The position numbers were made by a program, and so were the translations under genes. 64,000 bases of DNA from Patescibacteria group bacterium (GTDB lineage Bacteria > Patescibacteriota > Patescibacteriia > Veblenbacterales > UBA10138). Below the pieces are notes generated by a model. The model was given only the letters and a program-made list of their open reading frames with translations. It was not told where the DNA came from and made no database searches. This document shows, piece by piece, positions 10,719 to 18,495 of the stretch (position 1 is its first letter; every line of letters starts with the position of its first letter). The stretch is taken from contig JAHITT010000001.1 of the NCBI GenBank assembly GCA_018817715.1, positions 34,690 through 98,689 on the forward strand, read 5' to 3'.

Positions 10719-11768
10719 ATGCCTTTGTTTCAACCTCAGGTACAACATTTAGGTTTAGATATAAGCGATCGTTCGCTGAAATTGGTTCAATTTAAAAAAA
10801 ATCTTAAAGGTTTCTTAAGATTACGCGCCTACGCCGATAGTTCTGTACCGGCTGGCGTTTTTTTTGAAGGTGAATTAAAACAACCGGAAATTTTTCAAAA
10901 AATTCTCCAGCAAATGTTAAGTCAACCGAAAGTAGGAAAATTTACCAGTAACAATGTGGTCGCTTGCCTACCCGAAACAAAAACTTTCATCATGACCATC
11001 AATCTGCCGCCAATGCCCCTAAGCGAAATGCCCTTGGCAGTAAAATGGGAGGCGGAACACCACATTCCCATTGCTATTGAAGAAACTTATTGGGATTGGC
11101 AAGCAGTTGGTTCAATTGATACTAAAACCAACAAACAAACTCTTTTGTTGGGGGTAATTCCCAAAAACATTGTTGATTCCTATTCTGTAGCTTTAAAAGA
11201 AGTCGGTCTTATTCCTTTAGCTATGGAAATAGAAGCTTTGGCTATTGCTCGCAGTGTTATAGCTGAACAAGATTTAACTCTCAAACAGTCCGCCTTAATA
11301 ATAGACTTCGGCGCTACCCGCACCAGTTTGATAGTTTTAGATCAACAGGCTATTCAGTTTACCGTCTCCTTACCCATTTCTGGTTTAAATATTACCGCCA
11401 CCCTGGCTAAACAACTAAAAATGACAGAAGTTGAAGCAGAAAAAGCCAAAATTATTTGCGGACTGGACCCCAAACGTTGCCAGGGCGCTATTTACGCCAT
11501 AATGGAATCGGCGATTAATGAACTAATTAAAAAAATTAAAGAATCCATTAACTACCAAATTGATCATTTTCCCGAGCAACCGGTCGGCCAAATTATTTTA
11601 TGCGGTGGCGGTGCTAATTTTGGCAAACTAGATGCCTTGTTATCTAAAGGTCTTAAATTACCGGTTAGAAAAAGTAATGCCTGGCAATATTTGTCCGACG
11701 ACTCACCTTTTAACAAAGAACAGCTTAATTCTTTTGCCACGGCTATTGGCCTGGCCCTGCGGCCTTAA
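10719..11768 (+). CDS. pilM: Type IV pilus assembly protein PilM (actin-like ATPase fold)
   Basis: Length, position before PilN/O-like genes, FtsA/PilM-like motifs (IDFGATRTSL, CGGGANF). Confidence 0.65.
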   Translation: MPLFQPQVQHLGLDISDRSLKLVQFKKNLKGFLRLRAYADSSVPAGVFFEGELKQPEIFQKILQQMLSQPKVGKFTSNNVVACLPETKTFIMTINLPPMPLSEMPLAVKWEAEHHIPIAIEETYWDWQAVGSIDTKTNKQTLLLGVIPKNIVDSYSVALKEVGLIPLAMEIEALAIARSVIAEQDLTLKQSALIIDFGATRTSLIVLDQQAIQFTVSLPISGLNITATLAKQLKMTEVEAEKAKIICGLDPKRCQGAIYAIMESAINELIKKIKESINYQIDHFPEQPVGQIILCGGGANFGKLDALLSKGLKLPVRKSNAWQYLSDDSPFNKEQLNSFATAIGLALRP

Positions 11769-11774
11769 AATACT

Positions 11775-12311
11775 ATGCTGTCCTTAAACTTAAATTTGCT
11801 TTCACCTAACGACCAAAAACAATTAAAACTTGTTTCTTTGTACCGCTACGCCAGAATAATTATTTATCTTTTTTTGGCCTTTTCTCTGCTAGCGGCTGGC
11901 ACAGCTTTTACCGCCCGTTTAATGCTACAGGATAATCTAAATGAACTGCTAGCTACTAGCACGACCATTAACGAGAGAAATAAAACCTTGGACCGCGATA
12001 TTACTAAGCTGAACAATCAACTTAAACACATGTCGGAAATTCAACACGGCTTTATCAATTGGTCTAACTTAGTGTCAGACGTTAGTCTAAACCTACCTTT
12101 AGGTATTGAACTTAGCTATTTAAGTTTAGAAAAAAGTAATGGTTTAACAGTCTATGGTCAAGCTAAACAAAGAGATGATTATTTAACTTTTAAAAATAAT
12201 TTAGCTAAACTGCCCTATTTAAGTAACTTGTCCTCACCTTTATCTAATATTTTAACCAGTCAAAATATTGATTTCCAACTAGCCGGCCAAATTAATCTAA
12301 CAGCTGAATGA
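11775..12311 (+). CDS. pilN: PilN-like bitopic membrane protein
   Basis: N-terminal TM plus coiled-coil, position after pilM. Confidence 0.45.
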   Translation: MLSLNLNLLSPNDQKQLKLVSLYRYARIIIYLFLAFSLLAAGTAFTARLMLQDNLNELLATSTTINERNKTLDRDITKLNNQLKHMSEIQHGFINWSNLVSDVSLNLPLGIELSYLSLEKSNGLTVYGQAKQRDDYLTFKNNLAKLPYLSNLSSPLSNILTSQNIDFQLAGQINLTAE

Positions 12312-12314
12312 TTT

Positions 12315-12875
12315 ATGATGCTTAACGCCTATTTATTAAAAAAACCTCATTTGGTAGCCGGTCTAACAGTCGGCTTGGCTTTACTAACCGTTCTAGGCAC
12401 GATTGGTTTTATTATTTGGCCTAATATTAAAACCATCTTTACCTTAAACCAGCAAATTATGCTGGAACGAGAATCTTTGGAAATGCTATACCAGCGCGGT
12501 CAAAAAATCCGACAAACTACCGCTCAATACGAAAAAATTAAACCCACTTTGGAACAATTTGAAACTATGTTCATAAAGCCCGGTGACGAACTTACTTTTG
12601 TAACTACCTTAGAACAAGTAGCCAAACAAAACAGTGTTAATCAAAAAATAAATCTGGCCAAAACGGATGATAAATTAATCACCAATAAATCTTTAAATCT
12701 ACAAGTTCAAGCAATCGGCCAATTTAACAATCTGCTTAATTACTTAAAAGATTTAGAAAAGCTGGATTATTATTTAAACTTGGAAACCGTACGCTTTAGT
12801 AAACCTGCGGACCAACCTAAAACTAGCGACCTTTTGCAATTAAATTTAGCCGGCACCGCCTTTTATAAATTATGA
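12315..12875 (+). CDS. pilO: PilO-like bitopic membrane protein
   Basis: N-terminal TM, coiled-coil, operon context. Confidence 0.4.
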   Translation: MMLNAYLLKKPHLVAGLTVGLALLTVLGTIGFIIWPNIKTIFTLNQQIMLERESLEMLYQRGQKIRQTTAQYEKIKPTLEQFETMFIKPGDELTFVTTLEQVAKQNSVNQKINLAKTDDKLITNKSLNLQVQAIGQFNNLLNYLKDLEKLDYYLNLETVRFSKPADQPKTSDLLQLNLAGTAFYKL

Positions 12876-13264
12876 AACTACCCGACTATTTAACAAAACC
12901 ATTAAAACTAAAAATAAAACCGGACAAACTATTGCCCTGGCTACCTTCGCTTACTTTAGTAATATTATTATTTTTGCTTATTGTTTTAATTGTTTTTTTG
13001 CAACGCAACTTTTATCAAACTTTGGCCCAAGTGCAAGAAGTAAACTTACTGCGCTCCCAAGTTACCCAGTACCGTATTAATGTGCCTTTGTACGAAAAAG
13101 TTTTGTTAAACTGGCAAAACAAAAAAACCGAACTACCCAAGCCAGCTAACCCGATACCTAATCCTTTTTCTTTAAACAAACAAACAGCAGAAGACATTAC
13201 TGAAATCGATAAAGATACTGCTCTAGACAACTCTTCAACTGGAGTTATAAAATCTTTACCTTAA
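12872..13264 (+). CDS. Small bitopic membrane protein, last gene of pilus operon (possible PilP-like)
   Basis: Single TM, Pro-rich C-terminus, 4-nt overlap with upstream gene. Confidence 0.3.
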   Translation: MKLPDYLTKPLKLKIKPDKLLPWLPSLTLVILLFLLIVLIVFLQRNFYQTLAQVQEVNLLRSQVTQYRINVPLYEKVLLNWQNKKTELPKPANPIPNPFSLNKQTAEDITEIDKDTALDNSSTGVIKSLP

Positions 13265-13298
13265 TCAATCGACTTCGATTTAAATTGTCATTATTAAT

Positions 13299-13538
13299 TT
13301 AACAAACCTCTATTTCCTTAACTTGCGGCAACTTAGCCCGAAGTTGTTTTTTTATATATTGATTAACTGTTAATTTAGACAAAGGACAAGTGGCACACCG
13401 ACCAGTTAATTCTACTTTTACTAGGCCCAACCTAGCGGACCAACTAACAAATTTAACTCCACCCTGATCCTTTTTTAAATAAACTTCCGTTTGCTGCAAA
13501 ACTTTTTTAATTAAACTTTCCTGCTGTTTTATAGTCAT
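13299..13538 (-). CDS. NifU-like (Nfu-type) Fe-S cluster domain protein
   Basis: 79 aa with CATCPLS CxxC-like motif and overall Nfu C-terminal domain pattern. Confidence 0.55.
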   Translation of the reverse strand: MTIKQQESLIKKVLQQTEVYLKKDQGGVKFVSWSARLGLVKVELTGRCATCPLSKLTVNQYIKKQLRAKLPQVKEIEVC

Positions 13539-13556
13539 AATTCTATCTGCTAAATT

Positions 13557-14396
13557 CTAATTACCCACCACTACCATAACCTGCTGACCTTCGGTAACCT
13601 TACCACCATTCCAATCATGCACGGCTGTAGCAAAAATACTGGGCCGATAATAATAATTAAAACCATTTTTAGTGCCCGGATCATTGGTTATAAATTCATC
13701 AGTAGTAAAACCCTTTACTACCAGCATATGGTACAAGGGCCCGGGATGTTTAAAATTGGGGTTATTAAGCAAACGACCGGCCGCTGGCAATAAAACCAAC
13801 TTACCCTGCCTTATATAATCCTTTATTTTGACTGCATCATACTCCTCTACTGCTGCGCTTAAACCAAAATAATCTTTCATAATATCCGCCACCTCTTGGG
13901 CTGTGGTATCTTCGTAAAAACCGCGCTCCAGCTTTTGCCAGGCCACCAACTTTAATATTTCCTTGTCAGCATAATCTGGCTCCAAACGACTAACCCGATT
14001 ACCCTTAAAATATTCAGCCGCCATTATCATACTAGCTTCCTCGCAAGCTTCTTGGTAAGGCAAATCCCAATTATATTTAGGCGCCTGTGAAGTAAAAGGT
14101 ACTGGCAAAATTGTTATGGCGTGCTCTATCTTGGGCTCTGAATTATTTTTAGATTCAACTGTTTTTTCAACTTCAGCTGATTTATTTTCAATCACCTGAT
14201 CATTAGTTAATGTTTTTTCTTCTGCCACAGACTCATCTGTATTATCAATTGACTTATTTTTATTATCAACCAATTCTACAATATCAGACTGATTGCCGCC
14301 GACCTCCACCATCTTAGAATTTTTAGCCTGCTGACTAAACCAAAACCACCCCCCCGCAGCCACAACCAACACCATTATAACTAAATATTTTTTCAT
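13557..14396 (-). CDS. Membrane-anchored C39-like (YvpB-type) cysteine peptidase domain protein
   Basis: N-terminal TM, then PVPFTSQAPKYNWDLPYQEACEEASMIMAAEYF (Gln/Cys of C39-like domain) and a later His (YHMLVVKGF). Confidence 0.5.
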   Translation of the reverse strand: MKKYLVIMVLVVAAGGWFWFSQQAKNSKMVEVGGNQSDIVELVDNKNKSIDNTDESVAEEKTLTNDQVIENKSAEVEKTVESKNNSEPKIEHAITILPVPFTSQAPKYNWDLPYQEACEEASMIMAAEYFKGNRVSRLEPDYADKEILKLVAWQKLERGFYEDTTAQEVADIMKDYFGLSAAVEEYDAVKIKDYIRQGKLVLLPAAGRLLNNPNFKHPGPLYHMLVVKGFTTDEFITNDPGTKNGFNYYYRPSIFATAVHDWNGGKVTEGQQVMVVVGN

Positions 14397-14401
14397 ACAT
14401 C

Positions 14402-14977
14402 TTAACTTAAAACTTCTTGTAATAATTCAGGAAACTCTTCTGTCTTCATATTTTTAAAACAATAATGACCATGATTTGGCAAACTAATAATTTCTCCACC
14501 TAAAGCTTTATTAAAAATTTTTAAACTTTGTTGGCCTTCATCTGCTTCGTCATTGGCTGTAAACATAATTATTTTGCTGACTCGCTCTTTAATCGTAACA
14601 TCGATATCATAAGTATAAAAATTCGGCCGAAAACTATCACCAGTGTGGGCAATTTTCCAAGGCGCCACTAAAATAAGCTTAGCTATTTTTTGCTTGGTTT
14701 CACCTAACCACCTAACCAAAAAAGTGCTACCGCAACTGTGGCCGATTAAAATACTATGTTCATTAACTTCGTACTTTTTAAACTCTTGTTTAAATTTTTG
14801 ATAATCCGGCGCCCAAGGCTCGGGCATTAGCGGCATTTCCGTTGGCACACCTTTGGCTATAAGTTCTTTTTTTAACCAAGGTAACCAATGTTTATCATAA
14901 ATCCTAGTGGCTGGATTCATTCCTTGTTCCACATTAGAAGGACAGCCGTGAATTATAAAACAATTCTTATTATTCAT
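14402..14977 (-). CDS. RBBP9/YdeN-like alpha/beta serine hydrolase
   Basis: GHSCGS nucleophile elbow, about 190 aa, with a later Asp and His (PNHGHY). Confidence 0.55.
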   Translation of the reverse strand: MNNKNCFIIHGCPSNVEQGMNPATRIYDKHWLPWLKKELIAKGVPTEMPLMPEPWAPDYQKFKQEFKKYEVNEHSILIGHSCGSTFLVRWLGETKQKIAKLILVAPWKIAHTGDSFRPNFYTYDIDVTIKERVSKIIMFTANDEADEGQQSLKIFNKALGGEIISLPNHGHYCFKNMKTEEFPELLQEVLS

Positions 14978-14980
14978 AAA

Positions 14981-15304
14981 TTAATCATTTTCCGATCCAG
15001 GAGAACCTTTGGTAAGCCTGGCTTGATATTTTACGATAGCTTGTTTAACCGCTAATTCCAAATCTATATCCAAACCGTTAGCCACGGTAATTAAAGAATA
15101 CAAAACATCGCCCAGTTCTTGTTTTAATTCCTCTTTATATTCAACGGGTTTTTTACCATAATCAGACGACCTTAAAATTTCCTTGGCCACCTCTCCCAAT
15201 TCGGATACCATATCCAATAACTGATATTCCACCGGTCTAATTAAACCATTAACTTGGCAAAAAATTTTAATCTCTTCCTGCAATTTTTTCATAAAATTAT
15301 TCAA
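14981..15304 (-). CDS. MazG-like nucleotide pyrophosphohydrolase (small all-alpha NTP-PPase)
   Basis: ELGEVAKE...ELGDVLYSLITVANGLDIDLE matches MazG-domain EExxE/D motifs. Confidence 0.6.
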   Translation of the reverse strand: MNNFMKKLQEEIKIFCQVNGLIRPVEYQLLDMVSELGEVAKEILRSSDYGKKPVEYKEELKQELGDVLYSLITVANGLDIDLELAVKQAIVKYQARLTKGSPGSEND

Positions 15305-15935
15305 TTATTATAACCTCACCGTCGCGCAAAGCCTTAAATAACATTTTGTTATCAATCATTTGTTTTATTTCCTTGTCTACATCAGCCGATTCCGGATGGT
15401 CCGATTTATAATGTGGCGCAATGGAATAATTAATCAAACCTAAACCTTCCCAAATAGTCTCTCTGTCCGCACCATAAGGCTTTTGGTTAGGATCGTCCAC
15501 TATAGCTAACCCTTTTAAAGTTGGTGATAAAACACACACGCCAGCGCTATAACCAGCGTAGATTATCGGCCGGTCAGATTTTACAAACTCTTTAAGAATT
15601 ACATCTAAACCGCTCAACGCCATAGCTTGTCTAAGCACAAAAGTATTACCACCTTTTACCCAAAAAATGTCATAATTAACTAAAATTTTTTTTAACTCCT
15701 CGATTTTACCAAAATAATGGCGTAAATCCAAAACCTCAGCTGTAATTCCCAAACCCGCCAAATAATTTATTTCCTCCTGCTCACCTTGCTGACGACGTTC
15801 TAAATCATCAAAACAATCCAAAGCATTAGAAATATAAGCCGCTCTTTTATTAGTATTAGCTACCAAGGTCTTAAATTTAACCACATTATCTGGACTGCCA
15901 AATTTATAAGAAGATAAATAAAATTTTACAGACAT
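15297..15935 (-). CDS. Peptidase E-like (S51) / class I glutamine amidotransferase-like hydrolase
   Basis: Ser in IYAGYSAGVCVL (GxSAG), plus later His and Glu. 8-nt overlap with downstream gene. Confidence 0.55.
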   Translation of the reverse strand: MSVKFYLSSYKFGSPDNVVKFKTLVANTNKRAAYISNALDCFDDLERRQQGEQEEINYLAGLGITAEVLDLRHYFGKIEELKKILVNYDIFWVKGGNTFVLRQAMALSGLDVILKEFVKSDRPIIYAGYSAGVCVLSPTLKGLAIVDDPNQKPYGADRETIWEGLGLINYSIAPHYKSDHPESADVDKEIKQMIDNKMLFKALRDGEVIIIE

Positions 15936-15944
15936 AAATCATTT

Positions 15945-16514
15945 TTAAAACAAATCCACACTATGTAGTATTTTACGGCAAGTGCAATAATTCCCCAAAT
16001 GACAAACAGCTAACTTAGAAGCTGTAAAATAAATACTCTCATCCTTACCCTCTATTTCATATTTTCCCAAAGTAATATGAGGATAAAAATTACTAAAACT
16101 GCTTTTCTCTTTATAATTATTTACCCAACACAGAGTCCTCTCATTAATTTCTTCCCCTAAAAAACAATCAACTGTAGAATTGTATGATAAATAAGGTTCC
16201 AGCTTAGTCATTATAGCTTCATGTAAACTTTGTAGTTCTTTGGTATTCACTATTTCAAAGCAAACATGTTTGCCGTCTATTTTATTTATAGTTAACGGTA
16301 ATGGCTTATAGTTCTGCCCTATTTGATTGATTATTTGCTTAACCTTTTCTAAATCTTCTTCCCTTACCACACCCATGCACAGAGAAATATGCGGTAGGCA
16401 ATCCAGCTTATTAAGCCTAATAGCATCACCTGATAACTGGTTATTTATAGCAATGGCTTTATCCATTACTTCCTCGGGCGGTAGAAGAACAATATCAATG
16501 GCTAATTGGGGCAT
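15945..16514 (-). CDS. 2H phosphoesterase (LigT-like 2'-5' RNA ligase / cyclic phosphodiesterase family)
   Basis: Two H-x-T/S-x motifs (PHISLCMG and PHITLGKY) at the appropriate spacing. Confidence 0.6.
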   Translation of the reverse strand: MPQLAIDIVLLPPEEVMDKAIAINNQLSGDAIRLNKLDCLPHISLCMGVVREEDLEKVKQIINQIGQNYKPLPLTINKIDGKHVCFEIVNTKELQSLHEAIMTKLEPYLSYNSTVDCFLGEEINERTLCWVNNYKEKSSFSNFYPHITLGKYEIEGKDESIYFTASKLAVCHLGNYCTCRKILHSVDLF

Positions 16515-16520
16515 AAAAAT

Positions 16521-17078
16521 TTACAAAACTTCATAATTTAAATCGTTAAAAATATCATCTAATAAAAAATCTTTATTATTAAATACGCTCAAAGCTAAGG
16601 TCGTATTAGTTGGCTTATTATATCCAGCATAAATTAGACTATTAATTATTTTATAATTTTTAATCTTACTATTTTTAAAAGATTCTTTAATATGATTATC
16701 TGTTTGATATCTCAAATTATAAAACACTAAACCATAATAACTACACTTTTTAATTTTCTCATAGCTTTTTATTTTTTTATCAAAATCAATAATATATTTA
16801 TTGACAACATTAATTATATTAATTTTTTGTATTTTTACCCCATTACTATATTCTTCCGTACCACTCTTATTTATTTCTTTGATTTCAAAAACAAATCTGT
16901 CATCAACTAAAAAATCCGGAAAATTATTTCCCTTTATTTTCACAATATTCTCACCAACGTTTTTAAAAAAATTACAAAAAGACTCTTCGGTTTTTGTATC
17001 AAATTTTTCTTTGCTCATAAATAAAACAACTAATACTAACATTCTACCTTCTAATACCCCTCCACACAACCCGCTCAT
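16521..17078 (-). CDS. AT-rich hypothetical protein; possible PD-(D/E)xK nuclease fold (start may be the internal MSKEKF)
   Basis: Very low GC. Motif NNFPDFLVDDRFVFEIKEI gives PD...(D/E)-I-K with hydrophobic context. First gene of the six-gene minus-strand operon. Confidence 0.3.
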   Translation of the reverse strand: MSGLCGGVLEGRMLVLVVLFMSKEKFDTKTEESFCNFFKNVGENIVKIKGNNFPDFLVDDRFVFEIKEINKSGTEEYSNGVKIQKINIINVVNKYIIDFDKKIKSYEKIKKCSYYGLVFYNLRYQTDNHIKESFKNSKIKNYKIINSLIYAGYNKPTNTTLALSVFNNKDFLLDDIFNDLNYEVL

Positions 17079-17206
17079 GACATTGACAAGATTTTAAAAT
17101 TCTGCTTAAATAAATCGTTATATTAAACTATAAAAGATCGATTATAATTCTCCGATTATTAAAATTAAATCTAAAAACTAATTTAAAAACAAAAAAGGAG
17201 TGTGCA

Positions 17207-17560
17207 ATGGAAAGCTTAATCGAAAAAGTTAACAGTCAGTGTCATGTATTCTTTGGTATAGAAGGCACAAAATTATTCGTGCAAATAGCTACCAGAGAAA
17301 ACGAAATAGCCTATGCTGCAGAAACATCCATTGCAGTAGATCCTAGTGCATCTTATTTAGCCGAAAAAGTATACGATTTATTTCCTGATAGTTTTAAAAA
17401 ATCAGGAATAAAAGCCCCAAAGCAATACTTTGAATGGGATGGACAAAAAGTTTTTAACTCTGGCGAAAAAACAATTATTGACTGTAAAACAGTCAAAGAC
17501 ATATTTCCTAAATTCGGAGCCTTTATATTCTCATTCCTTGCAGAAAACGGCATGGAATAA
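17207..17560 (+). CDS. Hypothetical protein (117 aa) in AT-rich island
   Basis: Good SD (AAAGGAG, 7 nt before ATG). Followed by short hairpin plus T-run at about 17598-17627. Confidence 0.45.
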   Translation: MESLIEKVNSQCHVFFGIEGTKLFVQIATRENEIAYAAETSIAVDPSASYLAEKVYDLFPDSFKKSGIKAPKQYFEWDGQKVFNSGEKTIIDCKTVKDIFPKFGAFIFSFLAENGME

Positions 17561-17666
17561 AACGAGAAATGAAAAGCAATAAAAAAGCCATGGTGCTATA
17601 GGTAGATACTTATAGCATCTTTTTATTATTTTACTACCCTCATTCCTCACAACCCACCTAAAACCC

Positions 17667-17695
17667 TTGACTTAAGACAAAGAATAATTTATAAT
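17667..17695 (+). promoter_or_regulatory. Perfect consensus sigma70 promoter TTGACT-17-TATAAT upstream of rpmA
   Basis: TTGACT at 17667-17672, 17-nt spacer, TATAAT at 17690-17695, about 50 nt before the rpmA ATG. Confidence 0.55.
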
Positions 17696-17748
17696 AATTT
17701 GGCTGATTAAAAACAGCTAAACTTTTCGCAAGTAATTTACTATTAGAT

Positions 17749-18021
17749 ATGGCTCATACAAAAGCAGGCGGCTCTACAACACTAGGCCGCGATTCACAAA
17801 GTAAACGTTTAGGAGTTAAACTTTTTGCCGGACAACCAGCCAAGGCTGGTATGGTTTTGGTTAGACAGCGCGGTACCCGCTTTTTCCCTGGTAAAGGTGT
17901 TAAAAAAGGCGGCGATGATACCTTGTTCGCCACTCAAAACGGCATAGTAAAATTTTACCAACGCTGGCGCAAAAGCTTTACTGGTAAGTTAAAACTTGGT
18001 CGCTACATCAGCGTGGAATAA
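17749..18021 (+). CDS. rpmA: 50S ribosomal protein L27
   Basis: [10 protein letters not shown]...[17 protein letters not shown]...QRGTRF is a classic L27 sequence. Confidence 0.85.
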   Translation: MAHTKAGGSTTLGRDSQSKRLGVKLFAGQPAKAGMVLVRQRGTRFFPGKGVKKGGDDTLFATQNGIVKFYQRWRKSFTGKLKLGRYISVE

Positions 18022-18050
18022 ACTAAAAGCAATTACTCTTGATTTAAAAA

Positions 18051-18082
18051 ACTCCCCTTGTTACCCAATACGGGAGTTTTTT
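18051..18082 (+). terminator. Rho-independent terminator after rpmA
   Basis: ACTCCC...GGGAGT stem followed by T6. Confidence 0.5.
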
Positions 18083-18093
18083 GTCTTTAAGCC

Positions 18094-18399
18094 CTGCCGC
18101 TACCCGCAGCTTGGCTTATGGGACAGAAGCCAAGCGAGGACTCTAGCGGCGATTCTTTGTGTTACTTTCTTTAAAGAAAGTAACAGTCATATATATTTAA
18201 TTCATTACTTCTCTAGGAGAAGTAATAGCAAGAGTCGCCACCAGAATTTAAGCCCCTACAGTGCTCGTTGCGGCCGGTACTCGCGCTATGCTAAGCCACC
18301 ACAAACACGCGCTCGTTATACCCGGCCACAACTTCCGCTCTGTCACGTGACTTAAATATGGTGGCAGATAAATTGCTAAAAGGCGGATAGCGGCGGCAG
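18094..18399. ncRNA. Candidate structured non-coding RNA of unknown class (GC-rich block with closing helix and at least 3 perfect internal hairpins)
   Basis: 5' CTGCCGCTACCCGC (18094-18107) pairs with 3' GCGGATAGCGGCGGCAG (18382-18399). Internal hairpins at 18109-18135, 18160-18185 (26-nt perfect palindrome) and 18205-18225. GC well above surrounding AT-rich DNA. Only a low-complexity spurious ORF overlaps it. I could not match it to RNase P, tmRNA, SRP or 6S consensus by eye. Confidence 0.3.
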
Positions 18400-18430
18400 T
18401 AGATATAATGTAAACAAATATAAAAACTTA

Positions 18431-18461
18431 AACGCCTCAGTCTAAATTAGACTGAGGCGTT
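18431..18461 (-). terminator. Rho-independent terminator of pyrG (14-bp stem)
   Basis: AACGCCTCAGTCTA-aat-TAGACTGAGGCGTT followed on the minus strand by a T-run. Confidence 0.55.
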
Positions 18462-18495
18462 GGTTAATATTTTATCTTGGTAAAGCCAAAAAAAA

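Noticed and set aside
17996-18355. Track ORF of 119 aa on the plus strand overlapping the end of rpmA
   Set aside because: Low-complexity translation. It starts inside rpmA, runs through the rpmA terminator and the GC-rich structured block, and has no SD. Interpreted as a spurious ORF over an ncRNA/structured region.
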